A DNA stretch of 61,862 bases, from IMG/VR virus record IMGVR_UViG_3300037502_000606, positions 1 to 61,862 of that record; one strand, written 5' to 3'. This stretch comes from a virus. Lineage: Duplodnaviria > Caudoviricetes. Under the pieces are notes generated by a model. It was not told the DNA's origin. It worked only from the letters and a program-made list of their open reading frames with translations, and searched no databases. Of the stretch, positions 8,283 to 17,608 are shown piece after piece (positions within the stretch are counted from its first letter, which is position 1; each line of letters begins with the position of its first letter). Position numbers and translations under genes: made by a program.

Positions 8283-10795
8283 TACTTAGCCTTTGGTTGT
8301 TGTGGTTGACGCTGCAATTCTTTCTGATGCGCTTGGCTGGAGAGCTGTTTGGCAATATCAGCGCCAAGACGAATGATTTCTTTCTCTCGGCCATCACGCA
8401 TCTCTGCCGCAGCTTTAATGGCGTCCATCTGTTGATCAACCTGGAGCTTTTGTTTTGCCATTTCGTTCTGGGCAATGATGCGTCCAGCCTCGATCTCCTG
8501 CTGGCGTTTGCGTAGATCAATCTCTGCTTGATCTTTCTGGGCCTTGCGCTGTACCTCGGCCTGTTTAATTGCCAGCTCTTGTTGCTGCATTTGGATGATC
8601 GGATCTTGTGCCTGCTGCTGCGCTTGTTGTTGTGCAACTTGCGCCTGGTTTTGTGCCAGTAATCTTTGTGCGGCCTGAGCCAACATCGGGGCAAGACGGG
8701 CTTCAACTTCTGGGTTGATGTGAATATCCTCACCAGCTTCGTCTTGTGTGGCCGGCAGATTAAATCCAAGCTGCAACTCAATCTGTTTGCGATACTCCAT
8801 ACCAAGGTGCTCATTGATGTGGTTCATCATGGCCGCTTGTAACTGAGGCGTAGTCGGATTGTTCTTTAGCAACTCTTGAATCATCGGGTCTTGCATAGCC
8901 GCCATGTGAACAGTGATGTGCGCCCTGTGGTCCTGATACATAAACGCCTTGACGGGTTTATTGCGTAGGATGTTTTGATTCTCTGTAACAGGATCTTCTG
9001 GCTTCTGATCTTCGTCCATGGGGACTAACTTCTGCGCGTCTTTAATCCCTAGTACGTCGAGCATCTGCCTGTGAAGAAGCGGAAGGTTATAGAGATTGGG
9101 AGCCGCCTGCGCCAATTGCATGACCGCCTGATACTGAACGATCTTCTGCGCCATCGTTGACGCGTTTGGATCGGATACCGGGATGACATCAACATCGTCA
9201 TAGTCTGCTTTCTTCGCCCTGCGATGTCCGTCTACAGGTTCATAGCTGTATTCATCAGGTGTGTATGCCGCGATGATCTGCTTGAGTAGCCCAAGCTCCT
9301 GCTTCATCGAGTAATGAACGCGGGCCTGGACTGCCGACATGGTTTTGAGTGTGCGCTCAAGGATTGCCAGCGTAGTTCCTACCGGGGCTTGTGCAGACAT
9401 ATCGGAGATCTGAAGGTCTGCTGTATTTGCAAACCTACGGCCCTCTTCAATGATCGTATTGAACAACTGATACAGAGTCTGACTTGGCTCTTTGTATGGC
9501 AGCGGCATCAGGTTGTCTTTAATAGAACCTGACGGGACATCTACGTCACGGAATTCTCCTGGGGCTATCGGTGTGTCATCTCCCTTAACGCGCAGACCCC
9601 GCGCTTTAAAGCCTCCCGGCAGATTCGATAGTGTTCCAGCATCAACCAGCTGACGAATGAGAGAAGTACCAGACTTGGCAAAAGCACCAACAAGGTGAAT
9701 AAGACCGAAATAGTAAAACCCAAAGCCCGGAACGTATCCGTAATGAACAAAATGTTGTCGTTTTTGATACGTCTCATCATCAGGCTCCCAGTTACGGCGG
9801 ATTGCCAGGATTTGGTTCGATCCCTTCTCAATAGTTACAACATATGGAAGAGCAATACCCGTTAGTTCGCCTTTATCGTCACGGTGTTCGTGGCCAGGCA
9901 GATCTAATTCAACGTGCATCTCCAGGATCTTGTAGCGCGAGTCACTTGTCGCCCTAAACCCCAGCTTCTCAGCGATCTTCTTCTCTACTTCGTCAAGAAT
10001 ATTGTTGGGGGGTCCAAGATCTACGTCTACATAGAAGCCAGATACTTGAAGGCGCCGCAGTTCATTCTCGGTTTTCCGCATAACGTGGGTCACACGTTCG
10101 GCAGACTCAAGATCAGAAGCGCCATAAGGAACAACGATGTCTTCTGCCGGGACAAATAGAGAAATCTGCCGCTCTAAACTAGGGTCGTAGTAGACCTTTT
10201 TGAACGCATTACCAGAAAGTCCCAGGCCCCAAAGCATCCGCTCATGTTCTGGACGATATTCTTTCATTACGTCCATCAACTGATAGTTCATATCGTCTTG
10301 AACGCGCTTTGCAGCCTCTTTTTTTTCAGGCGTCTCTTTGCCGACGATCTGTGTCTTGACCGGACCCGAGGCAGGGAAGGTAGACATCATGGTTTCTGAC
10401 TGGAATTTCACCAGAGCTTCAGAAAGTAGGGGGTGATACACACCACACGCGCCTTCCCATGGCTCAGCCCGCTCTTCAATCTTCATTCCAAGAAGTTCTA
10501 GGCCGTCTACATAGGTCTGTATCCAGTCTTTCCTGGAGGCGATGTCGTCATCGTAGTCGCCAATAAGTTCTCCGGCGATAGTTGCTAAGACTTCTGAGTC
10601 CATAGACTCGGCCAGGTTGGCATTGAAGTCTTCATCGGACATTTCCTGCTTCTCAAATTCAATCTCCAGGTCTCCAATTCCGATTTTTACGGACTCAGGA
10701 TCTTCAATTTCAATCTCGATAGCCGGCTCTTGGTCTTCCATCATGTCCGTACCCATTCCAAGGGGCGCTTGGTTCAATGCTTTGTCGATAGCCAT
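8282..10795 (-). CDS. Portal protein
   Basis: 837 aa directly after the terminase; P22-like portal features with Q-rich helical C-terminal barrel. Confidence 0.88.
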   Translation of the reverse strand: MAIDKALNQAPLGMGTDMMEDQEPAIEIEIEDPESVKIGIGDLEIEFEKQEMSDEDFNANLAESMDSEVLATIAGELIGDYDDDIASRKDWIQTYVDGLELLGMKIEERAEPWEGACGVYHPLLSEALVKFQSETMMSTFPASGPVKTQIVGKETPEKKEAAKRVQDDMNYQLMDVMKEYRPEHERMLWGLGLSGNAFKKVYYDPSLERQISLFVPAEDIVVPYGASDLESAERVTHVMRKTENELRRLQVSGFYVDVDLGPPNNILDEVEKKIAEKLGFRATSDSRYKILEMHVELDLPGHEHRDDKGELTGIALPYVVTIEKGSNQILAIRRNWEPDDETYQKRQHFVHYGYVPGFGFYYFGLIHLVGAFAKSGTSLIRQLVDAGTLSNLPGGFKARGLRVKGDDTPIAPGEFRDVDVPSGSIKDNLMPLPYKEPSQTLYQLFNTIIEEGRRFANTADLQISDMSAQAPVGTTLAILERTLKTMSAVQARVHYSMKQELGLLKQIIAAYTPDEYSYEPVDGHRRAKKADYDDVDVIPVSDPNASTMAQKIVQYQAVMQLAQAAPNLYNLPLLHRQMLDVLGIKDAQKLVPMDEDQKPEDPVTENQNILRNKPVKAFMYQDHRAHITVHMAAMQDPMIQELLKNNPTTPQLQAAMMNHINEHLGMEYRKQIELQLGFNLPATQDEAGEDIHINPEVEARLAPMLAQAAQRLLAQNQAQVAQQQAQQQAQDPIIQMQQQELAIKQAEVQRKAQKDQAEIDLRKRQQEIEAGRIIAQNEMAKQKLQVDQQMDAIKAAAEMRDGREKEIIRLGADIAKQLSSQAHQKELQRQPQQPKAK

Positions 10796-10805
10796 GTCTT
10801 ATTCC

Positions 10806-12302
10806 TCAGTAATACGGCTCGTTTCGCCGTCTAAGTGTGGGAGGGTCGTCCTCTTGATCTAACAGTGTACGGATAAACCCGCCTTTACGAAACCTCATCA
10901 CGGCTAAAGACACTGCGTCTACATAGTCGTCATGATCTCCGGCAGGAAATGCCGCTACTTCATCTACAACTTCTTCGGCCCAACGCGTAGTCGGCGCCCA
11001 AACTCTCCCAGAAGCAAAAATATCTGATACGGCATTAAGTCTTGTTATCTTGTCGTTCCCCCGGACAGGGGTAAATTCTTGAACAGGGATACCCATGGCC
11101 CGTAATTCATAAATCAACGGGGCACCTGACGCCTTTTTCTCAATAATTACTGAGTCTGGCTCCCAATCTTTGTAATTCTGAATCGCCCTTTTCTTCAATT
11201 CAGGGAATTCCATCCTATCTCTGAAGGCGTTTAGAAGAATAATGTTCGACTGAGGGGTGCCAGTCTCGTCTGGATGATCAAATACGCCCCATAAAGTACA
11301 GGCCGAGTAGTCAGCCCGGTTGTTTGCTTCAAACGCCGTGTCCCAAGACATCAATGTGTAGTCACACGGAGGGGGATCATCGTGTATCCATGTCCTCCAC
11401 CACTCTCTTTTGATGATCGCAGCCGACTCAGATGTCGGATTTTGTTGGTACTGCGCCATCCATTTGGAGTTTGGCAGCTCATTTCTTAGTGCTTGTAGCT
11501 CTTCTAACGGCCAGAACTCAGGCCACAATGGCTTTTTAGAGGGAAGAATGGCCGGGAACTCGATAACTTCCCACTCATCCCCTTCTCTCTGGGCGCTTGC
11601 TTTCAATACTTGGCCGGTCAGATCTCTCTTTGACCAGCGCGTCATCACTATAACAATCGCACCACCAGGCTGAAGACGCTGCCGAGGACCAGAGGTAAAC
11701 CACTCATACGTCTTATCGTAGATCTCAGGATTCATCTCGGCTAAAGCAGCCTCTTGCTCCGAGTGTGGGTCGTCAATAATCAGTAGATCGGCACCTTTAC
11801 CTGTTACAGCACCGCCAATACCAATAGCAAAATACTCCCCGCTCTTATTAGTAGACCACCGTCCAGCCGCTTTGGAGTCATGCCGTAGGGCTACATTAGG
11901 GAAGACTTTTGCATACGCGTCGCTATCAACCAGGTTTCTCACTTTCCGACCAAATCCGACAGCAAGTTCTGCCGTATGGGAAGTCTGGATGATCTTCTTA
12001 TCTGGGAACCGTCCAAGAAACCACGCCGGCAATAAGAAGGAAGCAAACTCCGACTTCGTATGTCGAGGCGGCATATTGATGATTAGCCTCTTTAGCTTCC
12101 CCTCGGCGATCTCTTCAAACTTCTTCGCCATGACGGCATGATGTCGGCCACTAATAAACCCCGGCCACATTGTCTTCACAAAGGACAAAAACTTCTTCTG
12201 CCCCGCCTCCCTAGACATAGCCTCTTGATACTGTAGAGCCATCTGAACTAAAGACTCCCTCTCCCCTTCAGGAAGAGCATCAAGGATCTCTAGTATCTTC
12301 AC
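10806..12302 (-). CDS. terL: Terminase large subunit
   Basis: INMPPRHTKS Walker A, LLIIDDP Walker B, nuclease motifs SWDTA and HDDYVDA. Confidence 0.95.
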   Translation of the reverse strand: MKILEILDALPEGERESLVQMALQYQEAMSREAGQKKFLSFVKTMWPGFISGRHHAVMAKKFEEIAEGKLKRLIINMPPRHTKSEFASFLLPAWFLGRFPDKKIIQTSHTAELAVGFGRKVRNLVDSDAYAKVFPNVALRHDSKAAGRWSTNKSGEYFAIGIGGAVTGKGADLLIIDDPHSEQEAALAEMNPEIYDKTYEWFTSGPRQRLQPGGAIVIVMTRWSKRDLTGQVLKASAQREGDEWEVIEFPAILPSKKPLWPEFWPLEELQALRNELPNSKWMAQYQQNPTSESAAIIKREWWRTWIHDDPPPCDYTLMSWDTAFEANNRADYSACTLWGVFDHPDETGTPQSNIILLNAFRDRMEFPELKKRAIQNYKDWEPDSVIIEKKASGAPLIYELRAMGIPVQEFTPVRGNDKITRLNAVSDIFASGRVWAPTTRWAEEVVDEVAAFPAGDHDDYVDAVSLAVMRFRKGGFIRTLLDQEDDPPTLRRRNEPYY

Positions 12303-12526
12303 TTAACGACTTTATGAACTCGCATATACGATGGCCGTATAGACCTCGGCGCCCTAGGCCGCCCTTTCAAGTAGCCAGCCTTGAGCAACGCCTTGATCTT
12401 CCTATGCACATTCCCCCGACCCTTGTCCCCAGTCACAAGCATAATATTGTCTATAGACGGCCCATACCCAAACTTATTCCACCAGCCCTCTATCACTACA
12501 TATATCTCTCTCTGAGCATCCGTCAT
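12299..12526 (-). CDS. Stand-alone LexA-like winged-helix DNA-binding protein
   Basis: MTDAQREIY..I..WW...GYGPSIDNI...GNVHRKIKALLKAGYL...RSIR resembles the LexA N-domain; no peptidase domain. Confidence 0.7.
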   Translation of the reverse strand: MTDAQREIYVVIEGWWNKFGYGPSIDNIMLVTGDKGRGNVHRKIKALLKAGYLKGRPRAPRSIRPSYMRVHKVVK

Positions 12527-12540
12527 TTTCTATCCTTGCC

Positions 12541-12653
12541 GTAACAATGTTACTTGCACTGTAACATCATGTTACAGTACTCTTGCTCTGTATCACTGTT
12601 ACGCATACTATAACTTTGGTACATTTGCACTGTAACATAATGTTACAGTACTC
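12541..12653. promoter_or_regulatory. Cluster of TGTAACA/TGTTACA palindromes
   Basis: ACTGTAACATCATGTTACAGT (12558-12578) and ACTGTAACATAATGTTACAGT (12629-12649) within a 29-bp near-perfect direct repeat; GTAACAATGTTAC at 12541. Confidence 0.75.
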
Positions 12654-12673
12654 ACTTTTCGGGGGTACCCTTT

Positions 12674-13456
12674 TCATAAGGGGGGGGTGTTTTCTGTATC
12701 CTGCGTTACAGAGCTATCGGGAAAATTTTGGTCCCCCTCTGTAAAATTGGTACAGTCATTGGATGGGGTGTCTGTAACATTGGTACGGGATAGTGATTGG
12801 TTGTGCGGATTACTATGCGTATATATCCCCTCCTCATCGCTGGAATCTTGGGGGGTGCCGGTGCCGGGGTCTGCGTCTGCCGCGTTTTGCATGGGGGCGG
12901 GTGCCAGTTCTGCCAGCAAGTCGTTGGCGTCTACATCCACGGCCTGGGATTGCATGGCCATGCGTAGGCTTGCGAGCAGGCGCTCCCGTGCTTCGGTAGA
13001 GTCGGTGGACTTGATAACCTCCCGCCGTTCTGTGAAGGCCGCGACTTCTGTAACTGTGCCTAATGCTTTGAGTGCATTGACTCGAGTAGCCGGCGGAAAG
13101 TCCGGATTCAGCGCCGCCTCGGTCAATTGGTGGATGACTAATGCTCTTAAATGGGCAGGGGTTTGATACTTCTGCGCCTCGATTGCCCTTTGGAACGCCT
13201 CTACTTGTGTCTGCACTGTGGGATCCTTCAGCAACTTCTGCCCCATTCTTGACTGGTTCCCTTTGTTGGCCCTGCTATTCGGTCGGCTCTTACGGTATGC
13301 CCCAGCCTTAGATTCACCCAATGCTATCGCCCTGGCGAACTCTATCTCCTTCGGGCTGAGTCTTTTTTCCCCTGTTGCGCCGGCACTCCCTAGAAGGACG
13401 ACTTCCATGGGTACTGTGTCTAGTGCTTCTTTCATTGCCTTACGACTGAGTTTCAT
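12674..13456 (-). CDS. terS: Terminase small subunit (putative)
   Basis: LSPKEIEFARAIA.G.SKAGAYRKS HTH; RVNALKALG oligomerisation helix; upstream of terL. Confidence 0.7.
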   Translation of the reverse strand: MKLSRKAMKEALDTVPMEVVLLGSAGATGEKRLSPKEIEFARAIALGESKAGAYRKSRPNSRANKGNQSRMGQKLLKDPTVQTQVEAFQRAIEAQKYQTPAHLRALVIHQLTEAALNPDFPPATRVNALKALGTVTEVAAFTERREVIKSTDSTEARERLLASLRMAMQSQAVDVDANDLLAELAPAPMQNAADADPGTGTPQDSSDEEGIYTHSNPHNQSLSRTNVTDTPSNDCTNFTEGDQNFPDSSVTQDTENTPPL

Positions 13457-13642
13457 TTTTGCCTTCCGCCCTTCGGGCTAAACACCCGCCAGCGTCCGCC
13501 GCCGACCGGGTACAAACCAGGAATAGGCGAATCCTATCAATCGCCCGGAATCATTGCAACAAAGAATGGAACACCATCTTGTTTTTCAAGCCCTACGCAT
13601 AGACACTGTCGAATGTGTCATTAACCAATAGGAACCTGAACC

Positions 13643-13906
13643 ATGCTTAAAACAATCCACCAGTTCCGCGCGGGCGACATAGTCTGCTACCTGGGAGCAA
13701 AGTTTCTCATCCTGGAAGATGCAAAAGAATCGCAAGCCCACCGCCCAGGGCGTGACCACCTCATGACTGCCCATGGCCCGAGTGATTGCGCCTGGGCGCC
13801 TTCGGAGTGGATAGAAGGGCACATCGAGCCTGGATACTTCGGCCCGAAAGACCTCGACTGGACTTTCCAAGGGAACCACCGCGCTGGACTGTACAAAGTA
13901 ATCTAA
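13643..13906 (+). CDS. Early-region hypothetical protein
   Basis: First gene of the plus-strand island; followed by a UUCG hairpin. Confidence 0.7.
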   Translation: MLKTIHQFRAGDIVCYLGAKFLILEDAKESQAHRPGRDHLMTAHGPSDCAWAPSEWIEGHIEPGYFGPKDLDWTFQGNHRAGLYKVI

Positions 13907-13949
13907 CCCTGGGGGCTTCGGCCCCCTCTACCTGGAGCCTAACCACCAA

Positions 13950-14111
13950 ATGAAACTTTACATTTTCGCCATTCTGTCTGTTATCGCCGCGACAGTCGCC
14001 CTGGTACTCAGCGGAGACCTGCACCCATTCTATGCCCGCGCTATCACCGGGCTGGTAATCATCTTTTCCGTTTTTATTGCCTTCATGCCCTACCACACGA
14101 AAGGAAAGTAA
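13950..14111 (+). CDS. 53-aa two-helix membrane protein (not in ORF track)
   Basis: MKLYIFAILSVIAATVALVLSGDLHPFYARAITGLVIIFSVFIAFMPYHTKGK; GGAG RBS. Confidence 0.7.
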   Translation: MKLYIFAILSVIAATVALVLSGDLHPFYARAITGLVIIFSVFIAFMPYHTKGK

Positions 14112-14113
14112 CC

Positions 14114-14491
14114 ATGCTCCTAATAGACAAAACCTTCGAAATCGTCACCCATGAGAGCGCCGACCATGGCGAAATAGAGGACGGCGGATTTTCTAGCATC
14201 AATGAACCCATAACCTTCCGCGAACTGGTAACAGCCTTAAAACGCGACTTTATCCATGCGTCACAGTCACCAGTCACCCGTTCGACACGGGTCTGGTTCA
14301 CTACCGAGTCTGAGCAAGACTACAGGACAGGCGAATACCGAAACGAGTCAATCCACTTTAGCCCATCCAATCCCGCCCGGAAAGTTAAGTATTGGATTAA
14401 GGCAATGCAGGCCGCCGGATACCGCATATCCAAAGATCACAATATTCTTTTGAATCCTTCCCACCCCTTCACCAACACCAAAGGAGCCTAA
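14114..14491 (+). CDS. Hypothetical protein
   Basis: AAGGA RBS; operon spacing. Confidence 0.75.
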   Translation: MLLIDKTFEIVTHESADHGEIEDGGFSSINEPITFRELVTALKRDFIHASQSPVTRSTRVWFTTESEQDYRTGEYRNESIHFSPSNPARKVKYWIKAMQAAGYRISKDHNILLNPSHPFTNTKGA

Positions 14492-14494
14492 ACC

Positions 14495-14854
14495 ATGAAA
14501 GAATACTTAGAACTTTCCCCCACGCCCACCGATGAACCCTGCGCCATGGTCGGGTCAGCCGACTACGACCGCCGCGCCCGCCTGGAGTGCCGGGTTTTTA
14601 TCAAACAACTTGAGCGGACTTTCCCCCAGGCTATTGCCGCCGGGGTTACTTTCCGCGCCGCCAGCAACCCCCACGACTTCGGCCCGTACTATGAAGTCCG
14701 GGCAATATTCGACGACGAAAACGAAGACCAACTCGATTGGGCCTATATCGTCGAAGGTTCACTCCCGGAACATTGGGACGACGACGCCCGCTTGGAACTA
14801 TTAGCCGCCGGGTATGAAATCGTGCCCGCCTACTACGACACGAACCCCGCTTAA
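14495..14854 (+). CDS. Hypothetical protein
   Basis: AAGGAG RBS; P.DEPCA.VG...PHDFG.YYEV pattern. Confidence 0.75.
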   Translation: MKEYLELSPTPTDEPCAMVGSADYDRRARLECRVFIKQLERTFPQAIAAGVTFRAASNPHDFGPYYEVRAIFDDENEDQLDWAYIVEGSLPEHWDDDARLELLAAGYEIVPAYYDTNPA

Positions 14855-14897
14855 ACCACCCTTTGCCCCTTCGGGGGCATTTTCTGGAGCCTTTGCC

Positions 14898-15077
14898 ATG
14901 CGTTTATTTCAATACTTGCCAGACACGCCGCACAACGATGCCCGCGTCTACTGTTACGCCTGCAATCGCATTTTTGCCCTATCGCAGACAGTCGCAGACC
15001 TAGACGGCCCGGCTTATGCCGCCTACTACTGCCAACCCTGCGCCACCAAATTAATCAAAGAAACCACCGGAGCCTAA
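14898..15077 (+). CDS. Small zinc-finger protein
   Basis: CYAC...CQPC; start revised to MRLFQ after GGAG. Confidence 0.65.
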   Translation: MRLFQYLPDTPHNDARVYCYACNRIFALSQTVADLDGPAYAAYYCQPCATKLIKETTGA

Positions 15078-15081
15078 AACC

Positions 15082-15555
15082 ATGAACACAAACGAACTTG
15101 CAACCCTGATACACCAGACCAGCCACGCCCGCCTGTACGAATCGCGCTATTTTCACAACCCCGTGCATTTCGCCCAAGATCAATTAACCGGGCGGACGCA
15201 TTATGTAGACGATTCCACCCTTCGGTACTTTCACGCCCGCGTTATTGGAGCCCACGACGACGCCAACGGCCTTTTGTTCTGGATCGTGGAGAGTAGCGCC
15301 AAAGACCCAGACAACAACGCCAGAGGATTTAGGCCCGTCGTTTTTGATATTTTTGGAGAGGTCGTTTTTAAGCCTGATTTAGCGAACATGGTGAAAACCA
15401 GCGATAAAGCCCGCGCCCTTTATCGTGAATGGCTGGAGTCGTTCGACATAGTGGGCCACTACCGCGAAGCCCTGGAGAGCCGCGCCCGACGCCTGGAGAC
15501 CGAAGCCCACAAGTACCGCGAAGCCCTGCAAGCCCTGGAACCCGCAACCGCCTAG
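15082..15555 (+). CDS. Hypothetical protein
   Basis: GGAG RBS; ORF fills the operon. Confidence 0.75.
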   Translation: MNTNELATLIHQTSHARLYESRYFHNPVHFAQDQLTGRTHYVDDSTLRYFHARVIGAHDDANGLLFWIVESSAKDPDNNARGFRPVVFDIFGEVVFKPDLANMVKTSDKARALYREWLESFDIVGHYREALESRARRLETEAHKYREALQALEPATA

Positions 15556-15625
15556 AGCCCGGCCTCCAGCCCTTTGCGGAGGGTTGGGGGACGCGCTTTG
15601 CGTCATAACCAAGGAGAGTTAAAAC

Positions 15626-15898
15626 ATGAAAACCGAATTTTATTTATACACTGACCCAGGCCACGGCTGGCTGGAGGTGCCCCGCGCCCTATTGCATGAA
15701 CTCGGAATCGCTGACGAAATCAGCGAATTTTCCCGCCAGAGACTTGATAAGGTTTTTCTTGAGGAAGATTCCGACCTTCTGAGGTTTACGCGGGCAATGG
15801 GCGCCGCCGGTCGTGAGTTTAAGACCGCCGACATTCACACCGATGGCAATTCGTTCGTTCGTGGCCTGCCGCCCTATCAAGTCGAGGTGCAATCATGA
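15626..15898 (+). CDS. Hypothetical protein (DPGHGWL family)
   Basis: TDPGHGWLEV...LEEDSD motif, common in phage/plasmid early genes. Confidence 0.75.
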   Translation: MKTEFYLYTDPGHGWLEVPRALLHELGIADEISEFSRQRLDKVFLEEDSDLLRFTRAMGAAGREFKTADIHTDGNSFVRGLPPYQVEVQS

Positions 15899-16158
15899 GG
15901 AGCGATGCCAAAGCCCAATTTCAGGCGATTAGACGCGCTTACAGACTCGCCCGCAAGGTTTCCCCTCTTGCTCATGAAAACGCCGTGGTGCTCTATATGT
16001 CCACAGTGTCGGCAATGAGGGCATTCACCAACAAATGGGATTGTTGCGAACCCATAAACCTAGCCAGCACCTACGAGCGGGGGAAAAAACGCGGTAACCA
16101 TTGGACAAGACCGCTCCATGTCGCCGCCGCTTGCACTCGTTTTATGAAAGGGATTTGA
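15895..16158 (+). CDS. Hypothetical protein
   Basis: GAGG RBS, ATGA overlap. Confidence 0.6.
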   Translation: MRSDAKAQFQAIRRAYRLARKVSPLAHENAVVLYMSTVSAMRAFTNKWDCCEPINLASTYERGKKRGNHWTRPLHVAAACTRFMKGI

Positions 16159-16160
16159 TC

Positions 16161-16337
16161 ATGACCAAGACTTACGAAGTAGAGATATGCCGAACCTCAT
16201 ACATTACGCTGATTATCGAGGCCGACAACAAAGACGAGGCCGAGGAGAAAGCCTGGAAAGAAATCGAGGTCAGAGGGGACACGGGCGACGCCCATTGGGA
16301 CTGTGAACGCATCGAAGAAGTGGGGGCGCAGTCATGA
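16161..16337 (+). CDS. Small acidic protein
   Basis: MTKTYEVEI...IEADNKDEAEEKA; start revised. Confidence 0.7.
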   Translation: MTKTYEVEICRTSYITLIIEADNKDEAEEKAWKEIEVRGDTGDAHWDCERIEEVGAQS

Positions 16338-16672
16338 ACACGCGCGAGATTAAAACCGCCCTGGAGCGAGGCGACCGGGTTTTCTGGGTGCATAACGGCT
16401 ACGAGGTCGTGAAGGATGATCTGGGCCAATACCTCATCAAATGCCACGACAACGGGAGTTGCATCGGCCTCACCCACCAGGACGGGCAAACGCTGAACGG
16501 TAAAGAGAAGGAATTTTTCTCTATTCCCGCCCGGAAGAAACCGCCAGCACGGGCTTTTGTGGTCGTGAATGATGGCGACGCCGTGGGAGTTTTTGAGACC
16601 CACGGGGCCGCGATGCAATACGCAATGAAGCATTTCGACGATTTTGTCGTGAACGATTGCCCCCGATTCTGA
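16334..16672 (+). CDS. Hypothetical protein
   Basis: ATGA overlap; G.RVFW....YEV..D...YLI.C..NG..IGL. Confidence 0.7.
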   Translation: MNTREIKTALERGDRVFWVHNGYEVVKDDLGQYLIKCHDNGSCIGLTHQDGQTLNGKEKEFFSIPARKKPPARAFVVVNDGDAVGVFETHGAAMQYAMKHFDDFVVNDCPRF

Positions 16673-16684
16673 AAGGTACAAACG

Positions 16685-16924
16685 ATGACACTCACCAAAT
16701 GGGCTGAAATAGCCTCAAATCAACTCCTAGGCCGGCGCATTGTAGGGGTTCGGTATATGACCATTCCCGAGATGCAGGACTTCTTCTGGCAGTCCCGTGC
16801 CCTGGTCTTAGAACTTGACGATGGCTCGATGATCTTTCCCGCCGCTGATGATGAGGGCAACGACGCGGGCGTACTGTTCACGACCAGCAAGACGAACCCT
16901 GTAATCCCGGCTTGGAGGGAGTAA
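16685..16924 (+). CDS. Hypothetical protein
   Basis: L.GRRIVGVRYMT...LDDG...DDEGNDAGVLF. Confidence 0.75.
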   Translation: MTLTKWAEIASNQLLGRRIVGVRYMTIPEMQDFFWQSRALVLELDDGSMIFPAADDEGNDAGVLFTTSKTNPVIPAWRE

Positions 16925-16926
16925 CG

Positions 16927-17010
16927 ATGGGCCAAATTCTTTTCATTTTCTATTTTGTGATTCTCACCATCTGCGCGGGAATCATTTACTTAAATATTTT
17001 AGGAGTCTGA
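16927..17010 (+). CDS. 27-aa transmembrane peptide (not in ORF track)
   Basis: MGQILFIFYFVILTICAGIIYLNILGV; GGAG RBS; fills the gap exactly. Confidence 0.55.
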   Translation: MGQILFIFYFVILTICAGIIYLNILGV

Positions 17011-17011
17011 A

Positions 17012-17389
17012 ATGGGATTTTTCTCTAAGGTATGCGTAAAAACAAATAAGCCAGTCGTCCACAATATGCGCGGGTTTCCTGCGCTCTCCGAGGTGGTTGC
17101 CCTGTATCCAGACGGTCGGAAGATCACGGGTTCTTACGACGGATACGGGCGGGTTGATGGTGAGGAATTGTGCCCTGGCGGTTATGACGAGAAGACCTGG
17201 AACTCGATCAAGTTTGTTCTGATTAATGCCTACGAAGGCGAGGAGTGGAAAGATTTACCAAAATCCCGCGATGAACTAGCCCAAGGGCATTTCATGGACG
17301 ACAAATTCCTGCGGCACTGCCAGTCAATTACCGGGTTCAAAGACTACGCGGAGTACAAACGGGTTTTCAAAACGATGGCGAACTGGTAG
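17012..17389 (+). CDS. Hypothetical protein
   Basis: AGGAG RBS; MGFFSK.C...GSYDGYGRV. Confidence 0.75.
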   Translation: MGFFSKVCVKTNKPVVHNMRGFPALSEVVALYPDGRKITGSYDGYGRVDGEELCPGGYDEKTWNSIKFVLINAYEGEEWKDLPKSRDELAQGHFMDDKFLRHCQSITGFKDYAEYKRVFKTMANW

Positions 17390-17398
17390 GGGGAGATC

Positions 17399-17590
17399 AT
17401 GAGAACAGGACTTGCTGAGAAGTTGCTGACTATATGCACGGATGATGAAATTATCAGGTTTGCCGCGAGTGAGGGCTACACGCTATCAGAGGCCGATTGT
17501 GCCGAAATGCGGAAAACTCCCTTGTTCAGACTCCCTGCGGAAACCTTGGAGGAAGCACTAGAGGATTTTCTAAACGCGTATGAGCGATAA
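17399..17590 (+). CDS. Hypothetical protein
   Basis: GGAG RBS. Confidence 0.6.
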   Translation: MRTGLAEKLLTICTDDEIIRFAASEGYTLSEADCAEMRKTPLFRLPAETLEEALEDFLNAYER

Positions 17591-17608
17591 ATTGACGGAG
17601 GTTTGATC

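Noticed and set aside
10870-10900. FRKGGFI near the terL C-terminus as another xxGG tag
   Set aside because: It directly follows the last nuclease helix and may be structural; not counted without alignment evidence
12558-12649. Canonical host SOS boxes
   Set aside because: Spacing is CTGT-N11-ACAG, not N8
13911-13926. Hairpin as an intrinsic terminator
   Set aside because: Same stem-loop as the capsid terminator but without a U-tract; kept only as a possible processing or stability element
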